Below, piece by piece: positions 1 through 9,085 of a DNA stretch of 53,923 bases (positions are counted from its first letter, which is position 1; every line of letters starts with the position of its first letter). Both the position numbers and the translations under genes were made by a program. Below the pieces are notes generated by a model that saw nothing but the letters and a program-made list of their open reading frames with translations, was not told the DNA's origin and did no database searches. The DNA is from Thermodesulfovibrio sp. (GTDB lineage Bacteria; Nitrospirota; Thermodesulfovibrionia; Thermodesulfovibrionales; JdFR-85), in assembly GCA_027050975.1 (NCBI GenBank), contig JALUAR010000107.1, positions 1 through 53,923 on the forward strand, in the 5' to 3' direction.

Positions 1-143
1 GTCTCAGACAGATCAAGACCATAATCTCACTTCTTTACGACATTAAGATGGAAAACAGGTTGTATGCTGCAGAGGCACTCGGTGAGATTGCACGGCCTGA
101 GCCCAGACTGATAGAACTATCAAAGGAGGCAGTCTATAAATAA
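1..143 (+). CDS. 3' end of a gene cut by the window edge; the tail resembles a HEAT/PBS-lyase-type repeat (…LYAAEALGEIARPEP…)
   Basis: Frame 3 is open from the window edge to TAA at 141-143. The AAEALGEI motif is typical of HEAT-like repeats. Only 46 codons are visible. Confidence 0.3.
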   Translation, partial: LRQIKTIISLLYDIKMENRLYAAEALGEIARPEPRLIELSKEAVYK

Positions 144-164
144 TCAGAGTTTTAGATAAACTTT

Positions 165-809
165 ATGAACGGACCTGTCCTGAAAGGAAGCTTTCAAATG
201 AAAGAATCTAAGAAAAATCTTGAGTTCTATAAAGAATTAAACATCTCTGAAGAGGATATTTACGAGGCAATGAAGGAGATTTCCGGGTACCTGGATATTA
301 CCCCGGAGGATTTCAAAGAAATCTATAAAAGGGCATTCTATCATGCAATCGAAAGACTTGCCACATCCTTTAAGGCCAAAGATGTAATGACAAAGAGGGT
401 GATTTCTGTTAGAAAAGGGACACCATTACAAGAGGTTGCAAAGGTCATGGCAGACAACAGAATATCAGGGGTCCCTGTAGTGGATGAAGAAAATAATGTA
501 GTCGGGGTCATATCTGAAAAGGACTTTCTAAGAAGAATGGGAGTTGATGACATGGGAACATTCATGGGTGTTGTAGCTGAATGCCTGAAAGGGAAAGGAT
601 GTGTGGCCGTATCTATACGCGCAAAGAAATCTGAGGATATAATGAGTGCTCCCCCAATCACAGTAACTGAAGATACAGCGGTTATTGAAATTGCCAGACT
701 CTTTGGGGAGAGAAATATTAATAGAGTACCTGTTATTGATGAGAAGGGACATCTGATTGGTATTGTCTCCCGTGGTGATATAGTGAGCATACCCCTCTTG
801 AATGTATAG
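165..809 (+). CDS. CBS domain pair protein
   Basis: Two CBS-like repeats (VMTKRVISV…ISGVPVVDEENNVVGVISEKD and IMSAPPITV…INRVPVIDEKGHLIGIVSRGD). An alternative ATG at 198 has a better AGGAAG SD. The gene ends 6 nt before the HPP gene. Confidence 0.8.
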   Translation: MNGPVLKGSFQMKESKKNLEFYKELNISEEDIYEAMKEISGYLDITPEDFKEIYKRAFYHAIERLATSFKAKDVMTKRVISVRKGTPLQEVAKVMADNRISGVPVVDEENNVVGVISEKDFLRRMGVDDMGTFMGVVAECLKGKGCVAVSIRAKKSEDIMSAPPITVTEDTAVIEIARLFGERNINRVPVIDEKGHLIGIVSRGDIVSIPLLNV

Positions 810-815
810 GTTATT

Positions 816-1358
816 ATGCTGAAAGAATATTTTAACAAAATGCGAGGCACAACAAAGAGCCCTCCAAGGGTCAGTATCTCCGAGGTCATATGGTCCTGGA
901 TAGGAGCTTTTTGGGGTATTTCAGCTGTAGCATATATCCATTACAATATCTTGAATGAAACTGATCTCGTGATGATAATAGGCTCATTCGGGGCGTCGGC
1001 TGTTCTGATTTATGGAGCGATCAAGAGCCCTCTTGCACAACCGAGAAATCTAATAGGTGGACATGTATTTTCAGCCGTTATCGGAGTGCTATCCTATCAG
1101 TTGTTAGGTTCAGAGCCATGGGTGGCTGCTGCAGTTGCAGTGGCAACTGCAATTGCTTTTATGCATGTAACAAAAACACTTCATCCCCCGGGTGGCGCAA
1201 CGGCATTAATAGCGGTGATTGGGAGTGAAAAGATTCATAATCTTGGTCTGCTTTATGCCATTATTCCAGCAGGCACAGGGGCTTTGATAATGCTCATCGT
1301 GGCCCTTCTTGTCAACAACATTCCAAAAACCAGAAGATATCCAGAGTTCTGGCTATAG
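816..1358 (+). CDS. HPP family integral membrane protein (family includes a cyanobacterial nitrite transporter)
   Basis: Polytopic hydrophobic protein with the signature LHPPGGATALIAV. Tightly linked to the CBS gene; HPP and CBS domains are often fused in other genomes. Confidence 0.85.
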   Translation: MLKEYFNKMRGTTKSPPRVSISEVIWSWIGAFWGISAVAYIHYNILNETDLVMIIGSFGASAVLIYGAIKSPLAQPRNLIGGHVFSAVIGVLSYQLLGSEPWVAAAVAVATAIAFMHVTKTLHPPGGATALIAVIGSEKIHNLGLLYAIIPAGTGALIMLIVALLVNNIPKTRRYPEFWL

Positions 1359-1360
1359 TC

Positions 1361-2281
1361 TTATTCCCACCTTTTTTCAGGCTGAAGAGCGGTATGCTTT
1401 TTCTGATCCCTTGCAAAATCAAATCTGAATAATCCCCTGCCCTTACCCAGCTCCCTTTCACAAGCGCTTATACATTCACCACAGTTTACGCAGTTAATGT
1501 CTCTCTTTACAGCCCTTGGTTTTACTCCCATGAAGCAGGCCCTTTCGCATTTTCTACAATCTGTGCAACGGGAAAACTCTTCCTTCTTAAACCTTACTTT
1601 TAAAGAAAAGGGGCTTATCCATCCGAAGAGCATCTGCATAAGCCCCGCAGCGCAGACATATTTACAGAAAACGTGCCTTACAAATAAGGACGTGGTTAAC
1701 ATATAAATAGTAACGCCTATGATTGCTGCCTTTACTCCAGTTGAGAGATTGCCTGTAGTGATCTGATGCCAGATGGTGCTGGGTGCAATGAAGTAGCCTG
1801 AGAGCGCAATTGCTACCACTGGTGGTATCACTGCAAAAAAGAGCATTCCAAATATAAGATATATCCACCTCCTGCTTTTATCCACTGAAGGATCATTATC
1901 CGCTTTTGCATACAGACTTCTTCGTCCTAGCACCTTTAATGTAAGGAAGTCCGCAAACTCAAAGAGTGCCCCTTCAGGGCATAGCCATCCACAGAAGAAT
2001 CTGCCGAAGAGAAATCCCATCAGAGGAAAGAAGGCAAGCACCGCAAGCCAGGGAAGTATGGCTTTAAGGAAGAATATAGCTGCGACATCTGTGGCAGTCT
2101 TAAGTGACTGCTCCATCACGATCTCCCTCGTTATCCCCAATGTCCATACTTTGCCAAAGAGAAAGAGTTCTTTAGTTGCGGAATCATAACGAAAGATATC
2201 AAATGCAGGCGCCAGCAGTATAAAGAGGGTGAAAGCGATCTGAGTCAATCTTCTCAAAATATGACGGTTTATTATGCTCAT
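1361..2281 (-). CDS. NapH/MauN/CcoG-type membrane-bound 4Fe-4S polyferredoxin
   Basis: Multiple TM helices, the FCGWLCPEGALFE motif, and two ferredoxin-type Cys clusters (CTDCRKCERAC and CVNCGECISAC). Confidence 0.75.
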   Translation of the reverse strand: MSIINRHILRRLTQIAFTLFILLAPAFDIFRYDSATKELFLFGKVWTLGITREIVMEQSLKTATDVAAIFFLKAILPWLAVLAFFPLMGFLFGRFFCGWLCPEGALFEFADFLTLKVLGRRSLYAKADNDPSVDKSRRWIYLIFGMLFFAVIPPVVAIALSGYFIAPSTIWHQITTGNLSTGVKAAIIGVTIYMLTTSLFVRHVFCKYVCAAGLMQMLFGWISPFSLKVRFKKEEFSRCTDCRKCERACFMGVKPRAVKRDINCVNCGECISACERELGKGRGLFRFDFARDQKKHTALQPEKRWE

Positions 2282-2320
2282 CCTATTTTTAGGTATATCA
2301 TATGCCGGTGTTGATACGAA

Positions 2321-2334
2321 ATGATTTAAATCAT
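2321..2334. promoter_or_regulatory. Perfect 14-bp palindrome ATGATTTAAATCAT (CRP/FNR-like half-sites TGAT-N4-ATCA) in the divergent NapH-like/FKBP promoter gap
   Basis: Read directly from the sequence. An identical 16-mer (ATGATTTAAATCATAA) recurs at 5288-5303 and a variant at 9086-9099, each time in a promoter gap of the cytochrome island. Confidence 0.4.
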
Positions 2335-2467
2335 AATGACAATTTTTTCTTGCTTTTTACGTACCGAGGGGTTAAAATAAATTAAATAGACTGGAGCCGC
2401 GTCAAGGAGTCTCCCTGCCTCCAAATCGGTCTTTCCAGCCAAAAAAAATCTTTGGGAGGAAAGTATT

Positions 2468-3010
2468 ATGAAGCTTGTCAGAATCAGTAGGGTGTTGGGC
2501 ATTTTAATCGTTTTAATGGCCCTCACTTTGTCAACGGATCTGTATGCAAAGTCAAAGGAAAAGAAGGGTAACCTCGTTGTCTCTACGGGGAAAGAGGTCT
2601 CTATCGAATACACGGTAAAGCTTGAAGACGGTACAACCGTGGATACCAGCGTAGGGAAAAAACCTCTCACATATATCCATGGCCATAAACAGCTTATTCC
2701 AGGGCTTGAGAAGGCACTGGAAGGTATGAAGGTTGGTGAAACAAAACATATTGTGGTGCCTCCCGAGGAGGGATACGGTCTAAGAGACAGTAAGGCCATA
2801 GTTGAGGTAACAAAAGATAAGGTGCCAAAGAATGCTCTCAAGGTTGGTACCCTGCTACAGGCACAGAACCCACATGGAGGGATTGTTTATGCAAGGGTTA
2901 CCCAGATTAAGGACAAAACAGTAGTGCTGGATTTAAATCATCCGCTTGCAGGGAAAACGCTATATTTTGATGTTAAAATTCTTGATGTGAAAGAGGTGCC
3001 CATAAAATAA
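2468..3010 (+). CDS. FKBP-type peptidyl-prolyl cis-trans isomerase with N-terminal signal peptide (exported)
   Basis: GGGAGGA SD. Signal-like N-terminus (ILIVLMALTLSTDLYA). FKBP motifs (VSIEYTVKLEDGTTVD, LIPGLEKALEGMKVGE, LNHPLAGKTLYFDVKILDV). Confidence 0.85.
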   Translation: MKLVRISRVLGILIVLMALTLSTDLYAKSKEKKGNLVVSTGKEVSIEYTVKLEDGTTVDTSVGKKPLTYIHGHKQLIPGLEKALEGMKVGETKHIVVPPEEGYGLRDSKAIVEVTKDKVPKNALKVGTLLQAQNPHGGIVYARVTQIKDKTVVLDLNHPLAGKTLYFDVKILDVKEVPIK

Positions 3011-3041
3011 TTCGGTTTAAAAACGTTTGTTTCTTGAAATG

Positions 3042-3071
3042 AAAAAAGGGAGGCATACAGCCTCCCTTTTT
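3042..3071. terminator. Bidirectional rho-independent terminator between the FKBP gene and norB
   Basis: AAAAAA-GGGAGGC-ATACA-GCCTCCC-TTTTT. A 7-bp GC-rich stem flanked by an A-tract and a T-tract. Confidence 0.7.
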
Positions 3072-3092
3072 GTTGTTTTGCAGTACACAGGC

Positions 3093-4481
3093 TCAGGCTA
3101 CTGTTTCGGTAGCAGTAGATGTCACCTCCACAGGCTCTTTACCAAGCTTGAAGAAGTCAATTACAAAGAGCCATGCACCGTAGAGGAATCCAACTCCAAA
3201 GATAGCCCTCAGTGCCCAGAACCAGAAGTTGTATGTTGCCTTTACTGTTACGTAGTCAAGACCGATAAGCCTCTCCATATAGGTCTGTACCATGCCAGCA
3301 CCTGTTAGAGTGAGTACAATAAATATCATTGATATTGTCATCCACCAGAAGGATCTGTATCCTCTCGATGTGTTGAACTCATTAACACCTCTTATTAATG
3401 GCAGTGTTATATAAATCATGGACATCACCAGAAGGACATAGGCACCGTAGAATGCCAGATGTCCGTGTGCAGTGGTTATCTGGGTGCCATGTGTCCATTT
3501 GTTAACCTGTGGAAGGGTATGGATAACACCCCATAATCCTGCTCCCACGAAGTTGAAAATAGCATGGCTTGTTGCATAAAACAGACCCAGCCTGTTTGTG
3601 ACAACACGATGTTTCCTTGTAGTTCTGAAGGCATCCCAGACCATTAGCAGGAGTGGAATAGGCTCAAGGGAGCTGAAAATGCCGCCAACCCACAGCCAGT
3701 ACTTTGGAGTGCCTATCCAGTAGTAATGATGTCCTGTGCCTAAAATTCCAGTAAACAGTACAAGCCCAACCTCTATATACATCCATCTTTCAAGTACATG
3801 ACGTTCTGCATTTGTAACCTTCATGAGCATAAATGCCAAGAGTGCGCCTGCAATCACCTCCCAGGCACCCTCGACCCACAGATGAATTACCCACCACCAC
3901 CAGAACTGGTCCTTAACCATACTCTTTGTATAGAACATCCCAGGCAGATACATAAGGGCAAGAAAGGTGAGTCCTCCGAGCAATGTACCCTGGATGCCTG
4001 TCCAGCGCTTACTTTTGTACATTGTCATAAAGTTATTAATCAGAAATAGGATCACTGAGAGGGCAATCAGCCAATCTGCCCAGCGTGGTGCCTCGATATA
4101 CTCTCTGCCCTCATTTAAAAGCAGTGTGCCTGCAACGAATTTGTTTGCCTGAGGATCAAATCCCATCCAGATGTAACCCAATACAACTGCTGTAACAGCT
4201 ACAACTGTGGCCCAGAACTGGAACTTCGCCAGGGGAATACTCCAGAGTTCACTCTGAGACTCTTCAGGTACAACATAATAGGTAGCTCCCATAAGTCCCA
4301 TCAGAAGCCATACAACAAGGGCATTTATATGCAGATCTCGTATTATGTTGAACTTCAGAGGGAAAAAGTCAGGCCATATGAATTGAAGTGCTGCGATAAT
4401 GCCCACAAGGACCTGTACAAGAAAGAGTAGCACCGCAAAGGTATAAAAGTTTTGTGCTATCTTTTGACTCTCGTATTTCAT
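3093..4481 (-). CDS. norB: Nitric oxide reductase large subunit NorB (cNOR-type haem-copper superfamily member)
   Basis: 462 aa, 12-TM-like. Carries the NOR-specific VIHLWVEGAWE (His plus Glu at the FeB site), the GTGHHYYWIG His pair, and HGHLAFYG haem ligands. GGGAGG SD. Confidence 0.9.
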   Translation of the reverse strand: MKYESQKIAQNFYTFAVLLFLVQVLVGIIAALQFIWPDFFPLKFNIIRDLHINALVVWLLMGLMGATYYVVPEESQSELWSIPLAKFQFWATVVAVTAVVLGYIWMGFDPQANKFVAGTLLLNEGREYIEAPRWADWLIALSVILFLINNFMTMYKSKRWTGIQGTLLGGLTFLALMYLPGMFYTKSMVKDQFWWWWVIHLWVEGAWEVIAGALLAFMLMKVTNAERHVLERWMYIEVGLVLFTGILGTGHHYYWIGTPKYWLWVGGIFSSLEPIPLLLMVWDAFRTTRKHRVVTNRLGLFYATSHAIFNFVGAGLWGVIHTLPQVNKWTHGTQITTAHGHLAFYGAYVLLVMSMIYITLPLIRGVNEFNTSRGYRSFWWMTISMIFIVLTLTGAGMVQTYMERLIGLDYVTVKATYNFWFWALRAIFGVGFLYGAWLFVIDFFKLGKEPVEVTSTATETVA

Positions 4482-4511
4482 AGTTATACTACCTCCCTAA
4501 GTGTATTTTAA

Positions 4512-5177
4512 TTATTTTAGTGTCAGCAGATAGTCCACTAACTGGTTGAGTTCCTCATCACTTATCTGCGGATAGGCTGGCATTGCTGAATCAGGAACAA
4601 GAGCCGACGGTTCTCTGAGATGACGTTTGTGCCATTCCGGGTCAGGTCTTCTGGATGCTACTTTTGTGAGATCCGGTCCAGAAGTGCCTCCAACACCGCT
4701 GATCATATGGCAAGATGAACATCCATACTTTTGATAGACTGTAACGCCAGGGGTCTGGGGCATTCTGAAGGTAGCAAGCACCGGCTTTGGCGGCCAGCCG
4801 TTGGTGTCAACCTTTGAGACCCAGTCAAGGAAGGCTACGAGCTTCTTCGCCTCATCTGGAGTGATGCCAAGTGCAGGCATTGCTGCAGTTGATTTGACCT
4901 TTTTGGGATTGACCAGGAACTTCTCAAGATAGCCTTCAGGTTTGTTTACTGTGACTTTTGTGAGATCAGGAGCAAAGTAAGAGCCGTTTCCAAGAATAGT
5001 GTGGCAACCGATACAGTCGTACTTGTGCCATAGTTTCTTGCCCTCGTCTACCTCCGCTGTTATCTCTGGTGCCCGCTTGTCCAGTCTCTTCATGGTGTCA
5101 AAAGTAAGAGCCACGAAGATGACGAAGAAGAAGAGGCTACCAAAGACAAAGAGGTTCCTCACACCTCGGTTACTCAT
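4512..5177 (-). CDS. norC: NorC-like membrane-anchored cytochrome c with an extra C-terminal class-I cytochrome c domain (two CXXCH)
   Basis: N-terminal TM anchor. NorC-like [24 protein letters not shown], plus a second domain [23 protein letters not shown]…AMPAY. GGGAGGTG SD. Lies 30 nt upstream of norB. Confidence 0.75.
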   Translation of the reverse strand: MSNRGVRNLFVFGSLFFFVIFVALTFDTMKRLDKRAPEITAEVDEGKKLWHKYDCIGCHTILGNGSYFAPDLTKVTVNKPEGYLEKFLVNPKKVKSTAAMPALGITPDEAKKLVAFLDWVSKVDTNGWPPKPVLATFRMPQTPGVTVYQKYGCSSCHMISGVGGTSGPDLTKVASRRPDPEWHKRHLREPSALVPDSAMPAYPQISDEELNQLVDYLLTLK

Positions 5178-5287
5178 TAGAGCACCTCCCTTTGTCTGTT
5201 TATTTAGTACGTTTTCCAGCCAATGGCTGGTTGCAGATCATGCTCAAAGTCCTTACTTAAAAATATCATTTATCAATATCTTTTTCT

Positions 5288-5301
5288 ATGATTTAAATCA
5301 T
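5288..5301. promoter_or_regulatory. Second copy of the palindrome ATGATTTAAATCAT, in the divergent norC / MCP control region
   Basis: Identical to 2321-2334. It lies 111 nt upstream of the norC ATG and 76 nt upstream of the MCP ATG. A second inverted repeat CCAGCC-AAT-GGCTGG sits at 5216-5230. Confidence 0.4.
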
Positions 5302-5376
5302 AAGGGGCAGGCTGTTAAAGTTTTAGAAGCAACTGTCCGATACTATGTATTAAAAATACTCCTGGGAGGTAGTTTT

Positions 5377-7194
5377 ATGTTCCAATGGTTTTACAATCTT
5401 TCACTTAAAAGGAAATTCTATCTGATCTTCGGGGGAATCATCATTGCGACGATTATCGCTGTTATTACAGGACAGGTGGCGTTTGACAGGATCAAGGTGG
5501 GCGGAAGATTCTACAGAGGTATCGCACTGAAGAGGGACGCCATTGATGAGCTTGCACGGATTAGGATGAATGTGAATCTTATAAGAGGTCTTTTTTATTC
5601 CCAGCTTTACAGTTATGACGATACCGTCACTGAAAACATTCGTTCCATAATGGACAAAACCGACTCCCTTTATGAACGTCTTGAACAAAAGGCCGTGAAA
5701 CCTTCTGATAGTAATAATCTGTACTGCGGATCATGTCATGGTATGGACAGAGTCGAAGCTATATTTGCATCAATCAAGAAATCAAGGAGTTCATGGATTG
5801 ATTATAAAAAGCTGCTGATGGAAAGGGTTCTACCGGCAGTAGCAAAGGGACAGCTTGAAGCGAAAGAACAGATTGATGATATCCACTTGCTTATCTCAGG
5901 TGAATTAGAAGAGAACTTTTACAATATCATGGAACAGACATCTATGCCATTGAAGACTCTCAGAGATGTTTATCCACTCCTAGTAAATAAACTAAAAGAA
6001 GAATCGGAACTGTTAAAGAAAGGTTATCTTGTCGGAGGGAGCCTTACAGTAATATGCTTGATAGTTATTGCCCTTGTTTTGTCTAAGGTAATAATAAAGC
6101 CTGTTTCAGGTGTTTCACATGCATCACTTATGATGGCAGAGGGTAGGTTTGGGGATGTATCAGTGGATGTAAGAGGCAAGGACGAACTGGGACATATGGC
6201 TGAGGCATTCAGGCTAATGGGAAAAAAGTTGAAAGAGGTTGTAAGCAATATAAAGGAAGGTATATTGAACTTATCTTCCTCAGCAGAAGAGTTGTCTGCA
6301 ACAGCAGATTCACTAACTGTTACAACGGATGCACAATTAAGACAGGTGGAGCAGGTGGTAGCAGCAGCATCCGAGATGTCCCAGACCATTATGGATGTGG
6401 CTAAGAATGCATCCGAGGCTGCAGAGGCATCACAGGAGTCCACTGATATGGCCACAGGAGGAATGGAAGTGGCAGAGGAGGCTATGAAAGAGATAAACAG
6501 GATAGCAGATGTGGTTAACAGCGCCTCGGAAATCATAGAGACCCTTGGCAACAGTTCAAAAGAGATCGGAGAGATTTTGTCGGTTATCACAGATATTGCA
6601 GAGCAGACCAATCTGCTTGCCCTGAATGCAGCTATTGAGGCAGCACGGGCAGGAGAGCATGGACAGGGGTTTGCTGTTGTGGCAGATGAGGTGAGAAAGC
6701 TGGCAGAGAAGACTGCAAGATCAACGGAGGAGATTGCCGAAAAGATAAAGACTATTCAGAGAAAGGCAGAGCAGTCTGTTGACACCATGAGACAGAGCAG
6801 AGAGGAGGTTGAAAAGGGCATAAAATTCATGGAGATGGTAACCCAATCACTGGAATCAATTGTTACCGCATCTACAAGGGCAAACGAGATGGTTCAGCAT
6901 ATTGCAGCTGCTACAGAAGAACAGTCCACTGCCTCAGAGGAGATAGCCCAGAATATGAATGAGATATCCAGAGGTATAGAAGAGACTGTGAGTGCGTCCA
7001 AGCAGCTGAGAGAGGTCTCTCTTGAGCTCGCCTCCCTTTCAGAAAGGCTTAAAAGCCAGATCGATTGGTTCAGGATTGAAGAGACAGAAAGGAGCGAAAG
7101 AGAGTCATTTCATCAAAAAGGTGAAGCAAACTACGATACAGAAAATATCTTTACTCACTCCTATGATATTAAGATTTCAGGAAATGGAAGTTAA
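5377..7194 (+). CDS. Methyl-accepting chemotaxis protein with a helical periplasmic sensor domain carrying one CXXCH motif
   Basis: Start chosen at ATG 5377 (GGGAGG SD at 5364-5369, then TM helix [17 protein letters not shown]). The track ORF from 4999 overlaps norC antisense. Second TM, HAMP, and the conserved signalling hairpin [43 protein letters not shown] at 5725-5739. Confidence 0.9.
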   Translation: MFQWFYNLSLKRKFYLIFGGIIIATIIAVITGQVAFDRIKVGGRFYRGIALKRDAIDELARIRMNVNLIRGLFYSQLYSYDDTVTENIRSIMDKTDSLYERLEQKAVKPSDSNNLYCGSCHGMDRVEAIFASIKKSRSSWIDYKKLLMERVLPAVAKGQLEAKEQIDDIHLLISGELEENFYNIMEQTSMPLKTLRDVYPLLVNKLKEESELLKKGYLVGGSLTVICLIVIALVLSKVIIKPVSGVSHASLMMAEGRFGDVSVDVRGKDELGHMAEAFRLMGKKLKEVVSNIKEGILNLSSSAEELSATADSLTVTTDAQLRQVEQVVAAASEMSQTIMDVAKNASEAAEASQESTDMATGGMEVAEEAMKEINRIADVVNSASEIIETLGNSSKEIGEILSVITDIAEQTNLLALNAAIEAARAGEHGQGFAVVADEVRKLAEKTARSTEEIAEKIKTIQRKAEQSVDTMRQSREEVEKGIKFMEMVTQSLESIVTASTRANEMVQHIAAATEEQSTASEEIAQNMNEISRGIEETVSASKQLREVSLELASLSERLKSQIDWFRIEETERSERESFHQKGEANYDTENIFTHSYDIKISGNGS

Positions 7195-7197
7195 ATA

Positions 7198-7230
7198 CAG
7201 GGAGGGGGCATGTTTCATGCCCCCTCCCTG
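7198..7230. terminator. Strong bidirectional hairpin terminator between the MCP gene and the octahaem cytochrome gene
   Basis: Perfect 15-bp inverted repeat CAGGGAGGGGGCATG-TTT-CATGCCCCCTCCCTG between convergent genes. Confidence 0.75.
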
Positions 7231-7243
7231 TATTGTGTAGAGT

Positions 7244-8482
7244 TTATTTTTCTGCTAACTTGAACTCCTTGCGAAGTTTCTCAGCCTCATCTTTGATCTT
7301 CTGTAGCGTCTCCTTCATTGGAGCCCAACCATACCAATGCATATAGTCAGCGTTCATGTGGAATGCTCCCTGGAAGGTACGCATTCTGTACTCAAGGAAC
7401 ATTACGTAAAGATCCTGTTCAATAGAGCTTTTTGCTTCGTAAAACTGCAAGAGATCAGGAGCCACTTTCCAATTGGCAGGCTTCTTGAGTATTCCATCTT
7501 TGTAGAGACCTTTGACTATTCTGATGGCCTCTGCCATCAACTTATCTGCTTCACGGATGATCTTGTCTCCTGCGTCCAGCTGTGCCTTTGCATATGAGGT
7601 GCTGTGGCACTTGGAGCAGATATTGATCATTTTTGTACGTTCCCTGTCGAACTCCTCTTTAGTGAGTCTGGCCACCTTACCAGCCTTCACCACCTCAAGC
7701 CTCTCCGTGGGATTTCCTGCATCATCGAGCACTCCAAGGGCCTGAAGTATTGTGACCCTGTCTTTCAGCCACTCCTGGTCATCTTCAGGTAGCCTGACAG
7801 CAAGGAAGCCCCACGAGGTCATTACATTGTGGTCACCGTCGGGCATGTGGCAGGTCTGGCATACAGGGGCTCTGTCACTGCCTTTGCCTTCAATCTGCCA
7901 GATAGTACCATGCTTTGAGGTGGACCACATCTCCCACTGGGGATGGTCGAATCCCATATGGCATGACTGACAGGCCCTTGGGTCACGTGCTTCCTCTTTT
8001 GAGAAGGTGTGCCTTGTATGACATGAATCGCAGGCACCACTACCATAGCGGTAGGCTCTGGCTTCTTCCTCAGACTTCAGACCGATTTTATGACAGCCTG
8101 AACAGCCCTTGTACCCTTCACCAACTATCATTGTTGGCTGATGCTGGAGCATTGGCATAGCCTTCATTGCAATCCAGCCAAGTGAGTGTTTTCCTGCCTT
8201 GTACTGCTCAACCTGCTTCGGATGACAACTGTTGCATGTCTCCGGAGTTGGCAGCTTGGCAAGTGATGCATCCTCAGCACCCTTGTTGTGCTCTGAACCA
8301 TGGCAGGTAGAACAGTCAAGCCCTATCTTGCCCATCTTACCAGAAAGGAACTGTTTGACTATTCCAGGTGTCTCCTTCTCATGACAGGAGATACACTGAC
8401 TCTTAGCCTCTACGTTGGTTCCGAACATCAAGAAAGCAGCACTTAACAGCAGTAACAGAAAAAGATACCTCCTCATTAGCAC
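7244..8482 (-). CDS. Exported octahaem c-type cytochrome, hydroxylamine-oxidoreductase (HAO / epsilon-Hao)-like
   Basis: Signal peptide and eight CXXCH motifs (CISCH, CSTCH, CNSCH, CSGCH, CDSCH, CQSCH, CQTCH, CSKCH). HAO/NrfA-like CQSCHMGFDHPQWEMWSTSKHG and a C-terminal helical region GAFHMNADYMHWYGW. The haem count is certain; the family call is from memory. Confidence 0.8.
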   Translation of the reverse strand: MLMRRYLFLLLLLSAAFLMFGTNVEAKSQCISCHEKETPGIVKQFLSGKMGKIGLDCSTCHGSEHNKGAEDASLAKLPTPETCNSCHPKQVEQYKAGKHSLGWIAMKAMPMLQHQPTMIVGEGYKGCSGCHKIGLKSEEEARAYRYGSGACDSCHTRHTFSKEEARDPRACQSCHMGFDHPQWEMWSTSKHGTIWQIEGKGSDRAPVCQTCHMPDGDHNVMTSWGFLAVRLPEDDQEWLKDRVTILQALGVLDDAGNPTERLEVVKAGKVARLTKEEFDRERTKMINICSKCHSTSYAKAQLDAGDKIIREADKLMAEAIRIVKGLYKDGILKKPANWKVAPDLLQFYEAKSSIEQDLYVMFLEYRMRTFQGAFHMNADYMHWYGWAPMKETLQKIKDEAEKLRKEFKLAEK

Positions 8483-8523
8483 ACCTCCTTTGAGATTTGA
8501 ATTTCTGGGAAAGAGTACAGAAA

Positions 8524-9045
8524 CTAGTTTGAACTGTGCTCAGAAATGTCTTGAAACCCCTTCAGGTAATCACCCCCTTCTGCCCCAATATTTACCTCCC
8601 CTGAAAAATCCGGCACATCCTTAATTATTCTCTTTATGTACATCCTCTCTGAGCGGTCCATCTCATTTAGTCTTCTCAGAGAGAAAAACAGGGTAATGGC
8701 AAGCCCCAGAAAGCCTGCTATCACCTCTGCCCCTTTCAATCCCATATACACAGCTAATACATATCCTGCTATGGTGCTGACAACTAGCATGCTTAAAGGA
8801 AGAATAAAGGCAAGAAAATAACCCTTTATATGTGTCTCCCTCTTCAGTCCAATAGTTACCACATCTCCGACCCTCGCATTTACGGAGTTTTCTACTTCAA
8901 GAAGCATGCCAGCTCCCCCGGGCCTGCAGAGTCCCAGTTTAGCCATGCCACAGCCCTTGCAGGAGGTCCCTTTTCCAAGGCGAACTCTTGCAATTCCGCC
9001 CTCGGTATGAATAACCGTACCCGTCTCTACAATGTTTGTCTTCAT
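8524..9045 (-). CDS. RseC/MucC-family (SoxR-reducing-system-type) membrane protein
   Basis: N-terminal GTVIHTEGGIARVRLGKGTSCKGCGMAKLGLC followed by two TM helices, the typical RseC architecture. Lies 41 nt upstream of the octahaem gene on the same strand. Confidence 0.7.
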   Translation of the reverse strand: MKTNIVETGTVIHTEGGIARVRLGKGTSCKGCGMAKLGLCRPGGAGMLLEVENSVNARVGDVVTIGLKRETHIKGYFLAFILPLSMLVVSTIAGYVLAVYMGLKGAEVIAGFLGLAITLFFSLRRLNEMDRSERMYIKRIIKDVPDFSGEVNIGAEGGDYLKGFQDISEHSSN

Positions 9046-9085
9046 AGCCTGTCAAAATACTAACAGGTAAGGGATTAATGATGTT

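Noticed and set aside
341-889. Long antisense or alternative-frame ORFs in the track. Examples: 341-889, 6024-6611, 10989-11369, 11587-12198, 15960-16592, 24446-24937, 25229-25666, 30593-31021, 35260-35673, 37178-37630, 37945-38403, 49499-49885.
   Set aside because: Each lies entirely within, and opposite to or out of frame with, a gene that has unmistakable family motifs. Their translations are low-complexity (Ser/Leu/Ile-rich), with no SD sites or recognisable domains. They are typical shadow ORFs.
3093-4481. Reading the haem-copper subunit as a cbb3-type cytochrome oxidase (CcoN), with 4512-5177 as CcoO/CcoP.
   Set aside because: The active-site helix reads HLWVEGAWE, with the glutamates characteristic of NorB rather than the CcoN pattern. 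The small subunit's first haem site matches the NorC CxGCHTxxGxGxYFAPDL pattern.
4999-5376. The 126-codon N-terminal extension of the MCP ORF given in the track (start at 4999).
   Set aside because: The extension runs antisense through the norC coding region and the divergent promoter gap. The ATG at 5377 has a GGGAGG SD and is followed immediately by the expected first TM helix.
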